A program made the translations under genes and the position numbers. 64,000 nt of DNA. Source: an uncultured Oscillospiraceae bacterium. Its GTDB lineage: Bacteria > Bacillota > Clostridia > Oscillospirales > Oscillospiraceae. The notes under the pieces are model-generated. The model had not been told where the DNA came from, did no database searches, and saw nothing but the letters and a program-made list of their open reading frames with translations. The stretch is from NCBI GenBank assembly GCA_910579965.1, contig CAJTWF010000003.1, positions 308 through 64,307 on the forward strand, given 5' to 3'. Position 1 is the first letter of the stretch. Every line of letters begins with the position of its first letter. Positions 34,236 through 42,363 of this stretch are shown one piece after another.

Positions 34236-34263
34236 ATGTTACCATAAAATCCCTCTGTTTCTA
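34236..34263 (-). promoter_or_regulatory. weak candidate promoter of the polysaccharide operon (extended -10)
   Basis: Minus strand: TAGAAA, 16 nt, TGGTAACAT (TGn + TAACAT). Low-information match. Confidence 0.3.
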
Positions 34264-34379
34264 TGGCCTGCGTAAAAATGAAATCGATTTGCGCAAAAAT
34301 TGCCCCGTCCCCCTTTGGCGGGAAACGGACCACGCCGGAGAACGCACGGAAATCACATTTTTGAAAAAACACAGCCTCC

Positions 34380-34462
34380 TGCAGGGGCGGGCATCGCTCG
34401 CCCGTTTCTTTCGGACCGCTGGAGGGCGTCGTTAGAACGGGCGAGCGATGCCCGCCCCTGCA
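34380..34462. repeat. 27-bp perfect inverted repeat with 29-nt loop (very stable hairpin; possible insulating terminator)
   Basis: TGCAGGGGCGGGCATCGCTCGCCCGTT (34380-34406) is the exact reverse complement of 34436-34462. On the minus strand a TTTTTT run follows 10 nt downstream. Confidence 0.8.
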
Positions 34463-34581
34463 CAGTGACCGGATTGTCCAGCTTCCGCCCCTCCCGGACC
34501 GGTGGCAGCCCCCGGCCCGTCTCCTGCTGGCCGCCGGACTGTACGCGGAGTGGAGAGAGCGGGATGTCCCGGAGGAATAGA

Positions 34582-34630
34582 CAAAAAGGCCGTCCGGCGG
34601 AGGATGCTTCCCCGCCGGACGGCTTTTTTC
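34582..34630 (-). terminator. bidirectional intrinsic terminator after iorB
   Basis: GCCGTCCGGCGG-N11-CCGCCGGACGGC stem, flanked by AAAAA on the left and TTTTTT on the right. Starts 18 nt past the iorB stop. Confidence 0.8.
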
Positions 34631-34647
34631 GGTTTTTGTTATCAGTA

Positions 34648-35226
34648 TCAGCAGGCCCGCCCCAGGGCGAACGCCTTCTTATTCAGCTCCAGAAACTTGG
34701 GCGGCACGCTCTGCTCAATGGCCTCCAGCCACTCCGCCTCCGTGAAGTCAAACCACCTCGACAGACGGCCCAGCAGCACAATGTTCACCGCCTTGCTGCT
34801 CCCCGCCTCCTCGGCCAGGGAAAGCGCGTCCACCGCGTCCAGGTCAATGCCCAGGGCCCGCAGCTTCCCCTCCAGGCCCTCCGGGTACCGGGCCGCGCCG
34901 GTGATGACGGGCATGGGGTTGATCTGCTGGGTGTTGGTAATCAGCCGTCCGCCGGGCTTTAAGTACTCCGTCCACCGGGCGGCCTCCAGCAGCTCAAAGG
35001 AGAGGATGGCGTCCGCCTGTCCCCTGTCGATGATGGGAGAATACACCTTCTCCCCCCAGCGGACGTAGGTGACCACGCTGCCCCCCCGCTGGCTCATGCC
35101 GTGGACCTCGCTGACCTTCACGTCAAAGCCCTTGCCCAGCAGCAGGCGGCCCAGCAGCTTGCTGGCCAGGAGGGTGCCCTGTCCGCCCACGCCAACGATC
35201 ATGATGTTCTTTGCCGCCATGCTCAC
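34648..35226 (-). CDS. iorB: indolepyruvate:ferredoxin oxidoreductase, beta subunit
   Basis: 192 aa. NIMIVGVGGQGTLLASKLLG...GMSQRGGSV pattern of the IorB/gamma-type domain. GTGA overlap with iorA. Confidence 0.88.
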   Translation of the reverse strand: MSMAAKNIMIVGVGGQGTLLASKLLGRLLLGKGFDVKVSEVHGMSQRGGSVVTYVRWGEKVYSPIIDRGQADAILSFELLEAARWTEYLKPGGRLITNTQQINPMPVITGAARYPEGLEGKLRALGIDLDAVDALSLAEEAGSSKAVNIVLLGRLSRWFDFTEAEWLEAIEQSVPPKFLELNKKAFALGRAC

Positions 35227-36959
35227 GCCTCCTTCTTCCCGCTTAACGCGTCAAATCTGCACAGCTGGGCGCACACGCCGCAGCCGGTGCACAGGGTGTT
35301 GTCGATGACCGCTTTGCCGCCCGAAATGCTGATGGCCGGGCAGCCGATGCGCATACAGGACTTGCAGCCCACGCACCTGTCCGGGTCTGCGGCAATGGGC
35401 CCCGGGTGCCTGACGTACTTCAGAAGCGCGCAGGGGCGGCGGGAGATGATGACCGATGGTCCGGGAGCCGCCAGCTCCTCCCTCACCGCCCCGTCGCACT
35501 CGGCCAGATCGTAGGGGTCCACCACCCGCACCCGCTCGATGCCCACGGCCCGGCACAGGCTCTCCAGGTCAATCTTGGCGCAGGGATCCCCCTTGAGGTT
35601 GAAGCCGGTGGTGGGATTCTGCTGGTGTCCGGTCATGCCGGTGATGGAGTTGTCCAGGATAATGACCGTGGAGCTGGATTCGTTGTAGGCCGCGTTGATG
35701 AGGCCCGTGACGCCGGAGTGCATGAAGGTGGAGTCGCCAATCACGGCCACAGTCCGGCCCTCGTTCCCGCCGGCCTTGTTGAACCCGTGGAGGCCGGAGA
35801 TGGACGCGCCCATGCAGACAGTGGAGTCCATGGCCCCCAGCGGGGCCACCGCGCCCAGGGTGTAGCAGCCGATGTCGCCCAGCACGGTCAGCTTGTTTTT
35901 CGCCAGGGTGTAAAAGAGGCCCCGGTGGGGACATCCGGCGCACATCACCGGGGGACGGGGCGGAATGACCTCGTCCAGCTTCAAGCCGGAGGTCTCCCGG
36001 TGGGTAAGCTGCCGGGCCACCAGGTTCTGGCTCAGCTCGCCTATGGCCGGGAAGAAGTTCTTGCCGGCGCAGGCCAGGCCCAGGTTCCGGCAGTACTCCT
36101 CAATAAAGCCGTCCAGCTCCTCCACCACCACCAGCAGGCTCACGCTCTTGGCGAACGTCCGGATCTTCTTCTCCGGCAGGGGCCAGACCATGCCCAGCTT
36201 CAGCACCGGGTAGGTATCGCCGCAGGCCTCCTTCACGTACTGATAGCTGGTGGAGGAGGTGATGATGCCCATCTTGTAGTCCGTCCCCGCCTCAATGCGG
36301 TTGACGGAGGCGTGCTCCGCCCAGTCCGCCATCTTCGCCAGCCGCTCCTCCACCACCGGGTGGCGGCGCTTGGCGTTGCCGGGCATCATGATATATTTCT
36401 CCCCGTTCTTCTCATAGGGCCTGGGGGCGGCCTCCTCCCGCTCCCCCGGCTCCACCACGCTCTGGGAGTGGGAGATCCGGGTACACATCTTCATGAGCAC
36501 CGGGGTGTCGAAGGCCTCGGAGAGCTCGTAGGCCAGACGCGTATACTCCAGGGCCTCCTGGGAGTCGCTGGGCTCCAGCATGGGCAGCTTGGCGGCCTTG
36601 GCGTAGTGGCGGGAGTCCTGCTCGTTCTGGGAGGAGTGCATCCCCGCATCGTCGGCCACGGCGATGACCATGCCGCCGTTTACCCCCGTGTAGGAGATGG
36701 TGAACAGGGGGTCCGCGGCCACGTTGAGCCCCACGTGCTTCATGCCGCAGAAGCTGCGCCGGCCCGCCAGGGACGCGCCGAAGGCCGCCTCCATGGCCAC
36801 CTTCTCATTGGGGGCCCACTCGGCGCAGATCTCCGGGTATCTGGCCGCGGCCTCGGTGATCTCCGTGCTGGGGGTGCCGGGATAGCTGGAGACAAAGGCG
36901 CAGCCCGCCTCGTACAGGCCCCGGGCAACGGCCTCGTTGCCCAGCATCAGTTGTTTCAT
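35223..36959 (-). CDS. iorA: indolepyruvate:ferredoxin oxidoreductase, alpha subunit
   Basis: 578 aa. MKQLMLGNEAVARGLYEAG..SYPGTPSTEI, TPP-binding GDSTFMHSG, C-terminal 2x[4Fe-4S] motifs (CVGCKSCMRIGCP, CTGCGVCAQLC). RBS AAGGAGGG. Confidence 0.9.
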   Translation of the reverse strand: MKQLMLGNEAVARGLYEAGCAFVSSYPGTPSTEITEAAARYPEICAEWAPNEKVAMEAAFGASLAGRRSFCGMKHVGLNVAADPLFTISYTGVNGGMVIAVADDAGMHSSQNEQDSRHYAKAAKLPMLEPSDSQEALEYTRLAYELSEAFDTPVLMKMCTRISHSQSVVEPGEREEAAPRPYEKNGEKYIMMPGNAKRRHPVVEERLAKMADWAEHASVNRIEAGTDYKMGIITSSTSYQYVKEACGDTYPVLKLGMVWPLPEKKIRTFAKSVSLLVVVEELDGFIEEYCRNLGLACAGKNFFPAIGELSQNLVARQLTHRETSGLKLDEVIPPRPPVMCAGCPHRGLFYTLAKNKLTVLGDIGCYTLGAVAPLGAMDSTVCMGASISGLHGFNKAGGNEGRTVAVIGDSTFMHSGVTGLINAAYNESSSTVIILDNSITGMTGHQQNPTTGFNLKGDPCAKIDLESLCRAVGIERVRVVDPYDLAECDGAVREELAAPGPSVIISRRPCALLKYVRHPGPIAADPDRCVGCKSCMRIGCPAISISGGKAVIDNTLCTGCGVCAQLCRFDALSGKKEA

Positions 36960-36974
36960 TGGGGAAATCCCTCC

Positions 36975-38540
36975 TTAATGTTGATTCTGTTCGCCAATGG
37001 AGTCCCTCACCGTAACGGTGACCCTCCGCTCATAGCAGGCGAAGACGCTCTCCAGCCGCCGCCGGTCCGGGGCCGGCGTGACCAGGCTCACCGCCGGCAC
37101 GATCACCAGTCCCGCGATCATGCAGAACGCGCCCGCGTTGATGGGGGACTGGAGCAGGGCGGGAAAGCTGGACCGCACGAAAATGTTGGCCAGCATCACC
37201 GCTGTGGAGAAGAGGAAGCTGACCCAGCAGGCGGCGGTGGTTGTCCGCTTCCAGTACAGGCCGTAGAGGAAGGGGGCCAGGAACGCCCCGGCCAGAGCGC
37301 CCCAGCTCACGCCCATGAGCTGGGCGATGAAGGTGACGCTGGACTTATACTGGATGAGGGCCAGCACCACGGAGATGGCGATGAACACCACCACCAGACC
37401 CCGCATCCACCGCACCTGCCGTTTTTCGTCCATGTTCTTTATGATATTACCCTTTATGAAGTCCAGTGTCAAGGTGGAGCTGGAGGCCAGCACCAGGGAG
37501 GACAGGGTGGACATGGAGGCGGAGAGCACCAGGATCACCACCACGGCGATGAGCGCCGCCGGCAGGCCGGAGAGCATGGCGGGGATCACCGCGTCGTAGC
37601 CCCCGGCGGGCACACCATCCACCACGTCCATCCTGTCCGCGAAGAGCCGGCCGAAGCCGCCCAGGAAGTAGCATCCGCCGGCCACCACCAGGGCAAAGAG
37701 GGTGGAGATGACGGTGCCCTTGCTGATAGCGGTCTCGCTCTTGATGGCGTAGAACTTCTGCACCATCTGGGGCAGGCCCCATGTGCCCAGGCTGGTGAGG
37801 ATCACCACGCCCAGCAGGTTGACCGGGTCCGGGCCGAAGAAGGAGGCGTACACGCCGGGCACGCTGCTCTCCCCCTTCACCTGGGCCAGCTTCTCCAGGG
37901 CGGCCAGAAAACCGCCCTGGCTGTGGAGCACCGCCAGGATCACCGCCGCAATACCCGCCAGCATGATGATCCCCTGGATAAAGTCGTTGATGGCCGTGGC
38001 CATATAGCCGCCGGCGATGACGTACACGGCGGTGAGCACCGCCATGACCACCACGCACACGGAGTAGTCGATGGAGAAGGCCATGGCAAAGAGGCGGCTC
38101 AGCCCGTTGTAAAGGGAGGCGGTGTAGGGGATGAGAAAGATGAAGATGATGGCCGAGGCGCACAGCTTGAGGCTCTGGCTCTCAAACCGCTTGCCGAAGA
38201 ACTCCGGCATGGTGGCGCTGTCCAGGTGCTGGGTCATCACCCGGGTCCGCCGGCCCAGCACCACCCAGGCCAGCAGGGACCCCAGAAAGGCGTTGCCCAG
38301 CCCCGCCCAGGTGGCGGCCACGCCGTACTTCCAGCCGAACTGGCCCGCGTAGCCCACGAATACCACGGCGGAGAAATAGCTGGTGCCGTAGGCGAAGGCG
38401 GTGAGCCAGGGCCCTACGCTCCGCCCGCCCAGGACAAAGCCGCTGACGTCGGTGGCGTGGCGGCGGCAGTAGAGGCCGATGCCCACCATGACGCCGAAAA
38501 ACAGAATCAGCAGGATGAATTTTATTGCGTAATCAAACAT
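36975..38540 (-). CDS. sodium:solute symporter family (SSF) transporter
   Basis: 521 aa, about 13 TM. N-terminal ...GFVLGGRSVGPWLTAFAYGTSYFSAVVFVGYAG... typical of SSF/PutP-PanF-like carriers. Confidence 0.88.
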   Translation of the reverse strand: MFDYAIKFILLILFFGVMVGIGLYCRRHATDVSGFVLGGRSVGPWLTAFAYGTSYFSAVVFVGYAGQFGWKYGVAATWAGLGNAFLGSLLAWVVLGRRTRVMTQHLDSATMPEFFGKRFESQSLKLCASAIIFIFLIPYTASLYNGLSRLFAMAFSIDYSVCVVVMAVLTAVYVIAGGYMATAINDFIQGIIMLAGIAAVILAVLHSQGGFLAALEKLAQVKGESSVPGVYASFFGPDPVNLLGVVILTSLGTWGLPQMVQKFYAIKSETAISKGTVISTLFALVVAGGCYFLGGFGRLFADRMDVVDGVPAGGYDAVIPAMLSGLPAALIAVVVILVLSASMSTLSSLVLASSSTLTLDFIKGNIIKNMDEKRQVRWMRGLVVVFIAISVVLALIQYKSSVTFIAQLMGVSWGALAGAFLAPFLYGLYWKRTTTAACWVSFLFSTAVMLANIFVRSSFPALLQSPINAGAFCMIAGLVIVPAVSLVTPAPDRRRLESVFACYERRVTVTVRDSIGEQNQH

Positions 38541-38640
38541 AAGCCCTTGCTCCCTCCTTGGATTGCGTTATGGGAAAATTTTGCGGCAGCACCTGTCCGC
38601 AGGATATCTAAGGCGCTTTCAAGGAACCAAAACGCGATTG

Positions 38641-40278
38641 TCAGCCGCTGATCTGCGCCTCCACCAGACGGCCGCGGCAGTACTTCTCCCGCAGCGCCGG
38701 CTTCTCGATCTTCCCGGTGGGATTTCTGGGCACCTTGTCGAAGATGACCCGCCGGGGCCGCTTGTACCGGGGCAGCTCCCTGCAAAAGCTGTTGATCTCC
38801 TCCTCCGTACAGGCCTCGCCCTCCTTGAGCTCCACAATGGCCGCCGCGATCTCCCCCAGCCGGGGCTCCGGCAGGCCGATCACCGCCGCGTCCTTGATCT
38901 TGTCGAACTTGCGCAGGAAGTCCTCAATCTGCACAGGGTAGATATTCTCGCCGCCGGAGATGACCACGTCCTTCTTCCGGTCCACCAGGAAGATGAACCC
39001 GTCCTCGTCCATGCGGGCCATGTCTCCGGTGTAGAGCCAGCCGTCCCGAAGGATCTCGTCCGTGGCCTCCTGGTTCTTGTAGTAGCAGAGCATCACCCCG
39101 GGGCCCCTGACCGCCAGCTCGCCGATCTCCCCCTGGGGCGCCTCGTTCCACTGCTCGTCCACAATCCTGGCCTCCCAGTGGTAGCCCGGCTTTCCGATGG
39201 CCCCCACCTTGTGGATGTTCTCCACCCCCAGGTGGACGCAGCCCGGGCCGATGGACTCGCTCAGGCCGTAGTTGGTGTCGTACTGGTGGTGGGGGAAGAC
39301 CTGCCGCCACCGCTTGATGAGGCTGGGGGGCACCGGCTGCGCGCCGATGTGCATCAGCCGCCACTGGTCCAGAAGGTAGCTGCTCAGGTCGATCTTTCCC
39401 CCGTCGATGGCGTCCAGCAGATCCTGGGCCCAGGGCACCAGCAGCCACACGATAGTGCATTTCTCCTCCGTCACCGCCCGGAGGATCCACTCCGGCTTCA
39501 CCCCCCGCAGCAGCACCGCCCGGCTGCCGGAGAGGAGGCTTCCGAACCAGTGCATCTTCGCCCCCGTATGGTAGAGAGGCGGGATGCAGAGGAAAACGTC
39601 CTCACGGGTCTGGCCGTGGTGGCGCTGCTCGGTCTCGCAGGAGCTGACCAGGGCCCGGTGATTATGTAGAATGGCCTTGGGAAAGCCGGTGGTGCCGGAG
39701 GAGAAGTAGATGGCCGCGTGGTCCGTCTCCTCCAAGGCCACCGGCGGCGCGCTGGAGGAGCAGAAGTTCATGAGACGGATGCAGTCCTCGGCGTAGGCCG
39801 GGGCCCCTCTGCCCACGAAAAACATCATCCGCACCTGGGGCAGGCTGCCGGCGATGGCGTCCATACGTCCCACAAACTCCGGCCCGAACACCAGCACCTC
39901 CACGTCCGCCAGCTCCAGGCAGTACTTGATCTCCTCGGAGGAGTAGCGGAAGTTCAGGGGCACGGCGATGCACCCGGCCTTCAAAATGCCGAAATACACC
40001 GGCAGCCACTCCAGGCAGTTCATCATCAATATCCCCACCTTGGCCCCCCGGTCCACCCCCCGGCTCAGCAGCAGGTTGGCGAACCGGTTGGCCCGGCGGT
40101 CAAAGTCCTTCCAGCTCATGGCCCGGCGGTAGGGCGCGTCGGGCTGCGCGCTCTCAATGAGGCTGGCCTCCCGCCAGGTGACGGCCTGATCCCGCTCCTC
40201 CGAGGGGCTCAGCTCCACCAGGGCGGTCTCCAGTCCGTAGAGGCGGGCGTTTCGCTCTAAAAAATCTGTGATGACCAT
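38641..40278 (-). CDS. AMP-forming acyl-CoA synthetase (class I adenylate-forming enzyme, FadD-like)
   Basis: ATG 40278 (MVITDFLERN) lies 5 nt after GGAGG; the track start 40290 is a TTG inside the RBS. AMP-binding motifs YFSSGTTGFPKA, GYGLSE-like YGLSES, YTGDMA, GKIEK. Confidence 0.9.
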   Translation of the reverse strand: MVITDFLERNARLYGLETALVELSPSEERDQAVTWREASLIESAQPDAPYRRAMSWKDFDRRANRFANLLLSRGVDRGAKVGILMMNCLEWLPVYFGILKAGCIAVPLNFRYSSEEIKYCLELADVEVLVFGPEFVGRMDAIAGSLPQVRMMFFVGRGAPAYAEDCIRLMNFCSSSAPPVALEETDHAAIYFSSGTTGFPKAILHNHRALVSSCETEQRHHGQTREDVFLCIPPLYHTGAKMHWFGSLLSGSRAVLLRGVKPEWILRAVTEEKCTIVWLLVPWAQDLLDAIDGGKIDLSSYLLDQWRLMHIGAQPVPPSLIKRWRQVFPHHQYDTNYGLSESIGPGCVHLGVENIHKVGAIGKPGYHWEARIVDEQWNEAPQGEIGELAVRGPGVMLCYYKNQEATDEILRDGWLYTGDMARMDEDGFIFLVDRKKDVVISGGENIYPVQIEDFLRKFDKIKDAAVIGLPEPRLGEIAAAIVELKEGEACTEEEINSFCRELPRYKRPRRVIFDKVPRNPTGKIEKPALREKYCRGRLVEAQISG

Positions 40279-40503
40279 ATTCTCCTCCAAAAAATCGTTC
40301 TGCGCCGGACAGGAAAAACCGCGTTTTCTGCCGGTTCTGTACGCATGTTAGATACTTTATCACTTTTAATAATTAAAGTCAACAGAGAAATATGCCCGCT
40401 GCGTATATCATAGTCAATTTTCAGTTGCAATCGGTGATTTGTTCAGCTGCTGTTGTTTCAAGCCAGCAGCACGAAAGGCAAAAAGGGCGCTTTTCAAAAT
40501 CTC

Positions 40504-40532
40504 TTGACAGTCCGGCTTTTATGTGGTATATT
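40504..40532 (+). promoter_or_regulatory. sigma-A promoter with extended -10 for the DUF3796-XRE pair
   Basis: TTGACA, 17 nt, TATATT, with TGG immediately upstream of the -10. About 45 nt before the start codon. Confidence 0.6.
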
Positions 40533-40576
40533 TCTAATATCAAGAGCGAAATAAACCATATATAGGAGGATATCTC

Positions 40577-40927
40577 ATGAAGAACTGGTATGGCTGCATC
40601 GGCTTTGTGTCCCTGCTGGGGGTCTGGGGAGCGCTGGCGGGGGAGCCGCTGTTTTACCCCTTCTTTGCCTTCCTGGTATTTTTTGAGTACTTCTGGGTCA
40701 CGCCGGACGAGATGTTTCTGGACACCATGAAAAAGTGTGCCGCCACCGCCTTTTTCTGCAACCTGTTCCTCACCGCCGCCGCCACCCTGGCCCTCTCCTA
40801 TCTGCGGCGCAGCGGCAACCCTCTGGCAGGCGGCGCGGCCTTTGGCTTTGGCGTCTCCATCGCCGTGTTCGCCTTCTCCACCTGCATTGCGGAGGCGAAG
40901 GAGAGGATCTGGGGACGAAATGATTAA
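40577..40927 (+). CDS. small 4-TM membrane protein (DUF3796-like), partner of the XRE regulator
   Basis: 116 aa. RBS TAGGAGGA. Overlaps the next gene start (ATGATTAA). Confidence 0.7.
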   Translation: MKNWYGCIGFVSLLGVWGALAGEPLFYPFFAFLVFFEYFWVTPDEMFLDTMKKCAATAFFCNLFLTAAATLALSYLRRSGNPLAGGAAFGFGVSIAVFAFSTCIAEAKERIWGRND

Positions 40928-41117
40928 AAACCGGATCAAGGAGTACCGCGCGATTTTCGACATGAAGCAGGAGGAGCTGGCCCGGCTGGTGGGCGTGCGC
41001 AGGGAGACCATCGGAAATCTGGAGAAGGGCCGCTACAACCCCTCCCTGGCCCTGGCCTGGAGGATTGCCCAGGTGTTCAAGGTCCCCATTGAGGACGTGT
41101 TCACCGTGGAGGACTGA
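40920..41117 (+). CDS. XRE-family helix-turn-helix transcriptional regulator (65 aa)
   Basis: MIKNRIKEYRAIFDMKQEELARLVGVRRETIGNLEKGRYNPSLALAWRIAQVF, a canonical Cro/C1 HTH. The upstream part of the track ORF is Pro-rich and overlaps the membrane gene. Confidence 0.85.
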   Translation: MIKNRIKEYRAIFDMKQEELARLVGVRRETIGNLEKGRYNPSLALAWRIAQVFKVPIEDVFTVED

Positions 41118-41188
41118 CCGGCGCGGACGGGACCTCCGGCCCCTGTGCCGGAGCACTTAGAGCGCAGCTTATGATGGCAGGTGATTTG

Positions 41189-41857
41189 ATGATACCTATT
41201 CTATATCAAGACCGCCAGCTGGCGGTCTGTCTGAAGCCCCCGGGCATTCTCAGCCAGGAGGGCCCCGGCGACACCCTCCCCAGCCTCCTCTCCCGCCAGC
41301 TGGGCGGAGAGATCTTCCCCGTCCACCGCCTGGACCGGGGCGTGGGGGGCGTGATGGTCTGCGCCAGGACCAGCCGGTCTGCCGCCGCCCTCTCCTCGTC
41401 CATCAGCCAGGGCGCGTTCCAGAAGCAGTACCTGTGCGTGGTCCAGGGCCGCCCGGAACGGGAGACGGACCAGTGCCGGGACCTGCTCCTCCACGACAGG
41501 ACCCGGAACAAGAGCTTTGTGGTGACCCGGATGCGGGGCGGCGTGAAGGAGGCCCGGCTGGACTACCGGCTGCTCTCCTCCTCCGGCGGTCTGTCCCTGC
41601 TCCAGGTGCGGCTCCACACCGGCCGCACCCACCAGATCCGGGTCCAGCTCTCCAGCCGGGGCCTGCCCCTGCTGGGCGACGGCAAGTACGGCGGCGGCGG
41701 CGGCCAGATCGCCCTGTGGAGCGCCGCCCTCTCCTTCCCCCACCCGTCGGACAGCCGGGAGATGGCCTTTCACGCGCTGCCCCAGGGCGGCGTATGGGAT
41801 CCGTTCGGGGAGACGCTCCAGCGGCTGTCCCCGGACTCCTTCGCGTGGTCCCCTTGA
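41189..41857 (+). CDS. RluA-family pseudouridine synthase
   Basis: HRLDRGVGGVMVCA catalytic-Asp motif and HTGRTHQIRVQL motif. ATG 41189 preferred (AGGTGA 4 nt upstream); ATG 41171 is possible. Confidence 0.88.
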   Translation: MIPILYQDRQLAVCLKPPGILSQEGPGDTLPSLLSRQLGGEIFPVHRLDRGVGGVMVCARTSRSAAALSSSISQGAFQKQYLCVVQGRPERETDQCRDLLLHDRTRNKSFVVTRMRGGVKEARLDYRLLSSSGGLSLLQVRLHTGRTHQIRVQLSSRGLPLLGDGKYGGGGGQIALWSAALSFPHPSDSREMAFHALPQGGVWDPFGETLQRLSPDSFAWSP

Positions 41858-41930
41858 GGCCCCTGTCTGCACGGAGAACAGCCCTGTCATGCAGTCTCGA
41901 ATTTATGTAAACAAATGCGTCTGTTTTCCA

Positions 41931-42039
41931 TGTGGGAAAACCGCATGTACAGGAGCTGGAATTTTGTGGAAATCCATGGAATTTCGTTGAAAATACTGAT
42001 GGAACAAGCTGTGGAAAACGATGTGGAAAATGTGTATAA
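41931..42039 (+). repeat. cluster of direct TGGAA-core / DnaA-box-like 9-mers in an AT-rich island
   Basis: TGTGGGAAA 41931, TGTGGAAAT 41965, TGTGGAAAA 42010, TGTGGAAAA 42022, TGTGTATAA 42031. TGGAA cores at 41957, 41967, 41977, 42000, 42012, 42024 (spacings 10, 10, 23, 12, 12). Confidence 0.7.
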
Positions 42040-42319
42040 CTTGCTGTACTTGAATATTATTCAGAATTTTATGTGAACCTGTCAAGGAAAATCGGGAGGA
42101 AATTATGGTAGAGATTCTACTGATTTTCTGTCGATATTCTGGTGATATGACAAAATTATTCACAGGTCCCCTCAAGCCCCGCAGGCGAATTTTCTTCTTT
42201 ATTTCAACATTATGCCGAAAAATGGCGGGGCATTTTGCAAGAAAAGCCGCAAAATACCATTTGTTATCAAAAATTGCCGGGTTACCTGCGGCGGACAGGT
42301 ATCCCCCATAGAAACGCAG

Positions 42320-42351
42320 AGAGCGGACGGGCTCAAAAGCCCGTCCGCTCT
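42320..42351 (-). terminator. hairpin terminator at the end of the hut operon
   Basis: AGAGCGGACGGGC-TCAAAA-GCCCGTCCGCTCT, 13 nt past the cyclodeaminase stop. The downstream T-tract is only moderate (CTGCGTTTCTATG on the minus strand). Confidence 0.6.
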
Positions 42352-42363
42352 TATTGCGCCGCT

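Noticed and set aside
35406-38651. 1081-aa plus-strand ORF, the longest in the track
   Set aside because: It is antisense to iorA and the Na+/solute symporter, both of which have clear family motifs and RBSs. The composition (G, H, D, P, A and V runs) is not protein-like.
41925-41945. parS-like site (TGTTTTCCATGTGGGAAAAC)
   Set aside because: It superficially resembles the Bacillus parS palindrome TGTTNCACGTGAAACA. Aligning them needs several indels, and the central CATG differs from ACGT. It is not a credible parS.
41931-42039. CRISPR array or tandem repeat
   Set aside because: The repeated units are only 5-9 nt, with 10-23 nt periodicity. There are no 25-40-nt repeats or spacers and no cas genes in the window.
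42105-42311. 68-aa ORF in the AT-rich island with a good RBS (GGGAGGAAATT-ATG)
   Set aside because: The translation (MVEILLIFCRYSGDMTKLF...RRRIFFFISTLCRK...) has no recognisable features. Its codon usage is unlike the neighbouring genes, and it runs into the hut terminator. It is kept only as a possibility to test by Ribo-seq, not reported as a feature.
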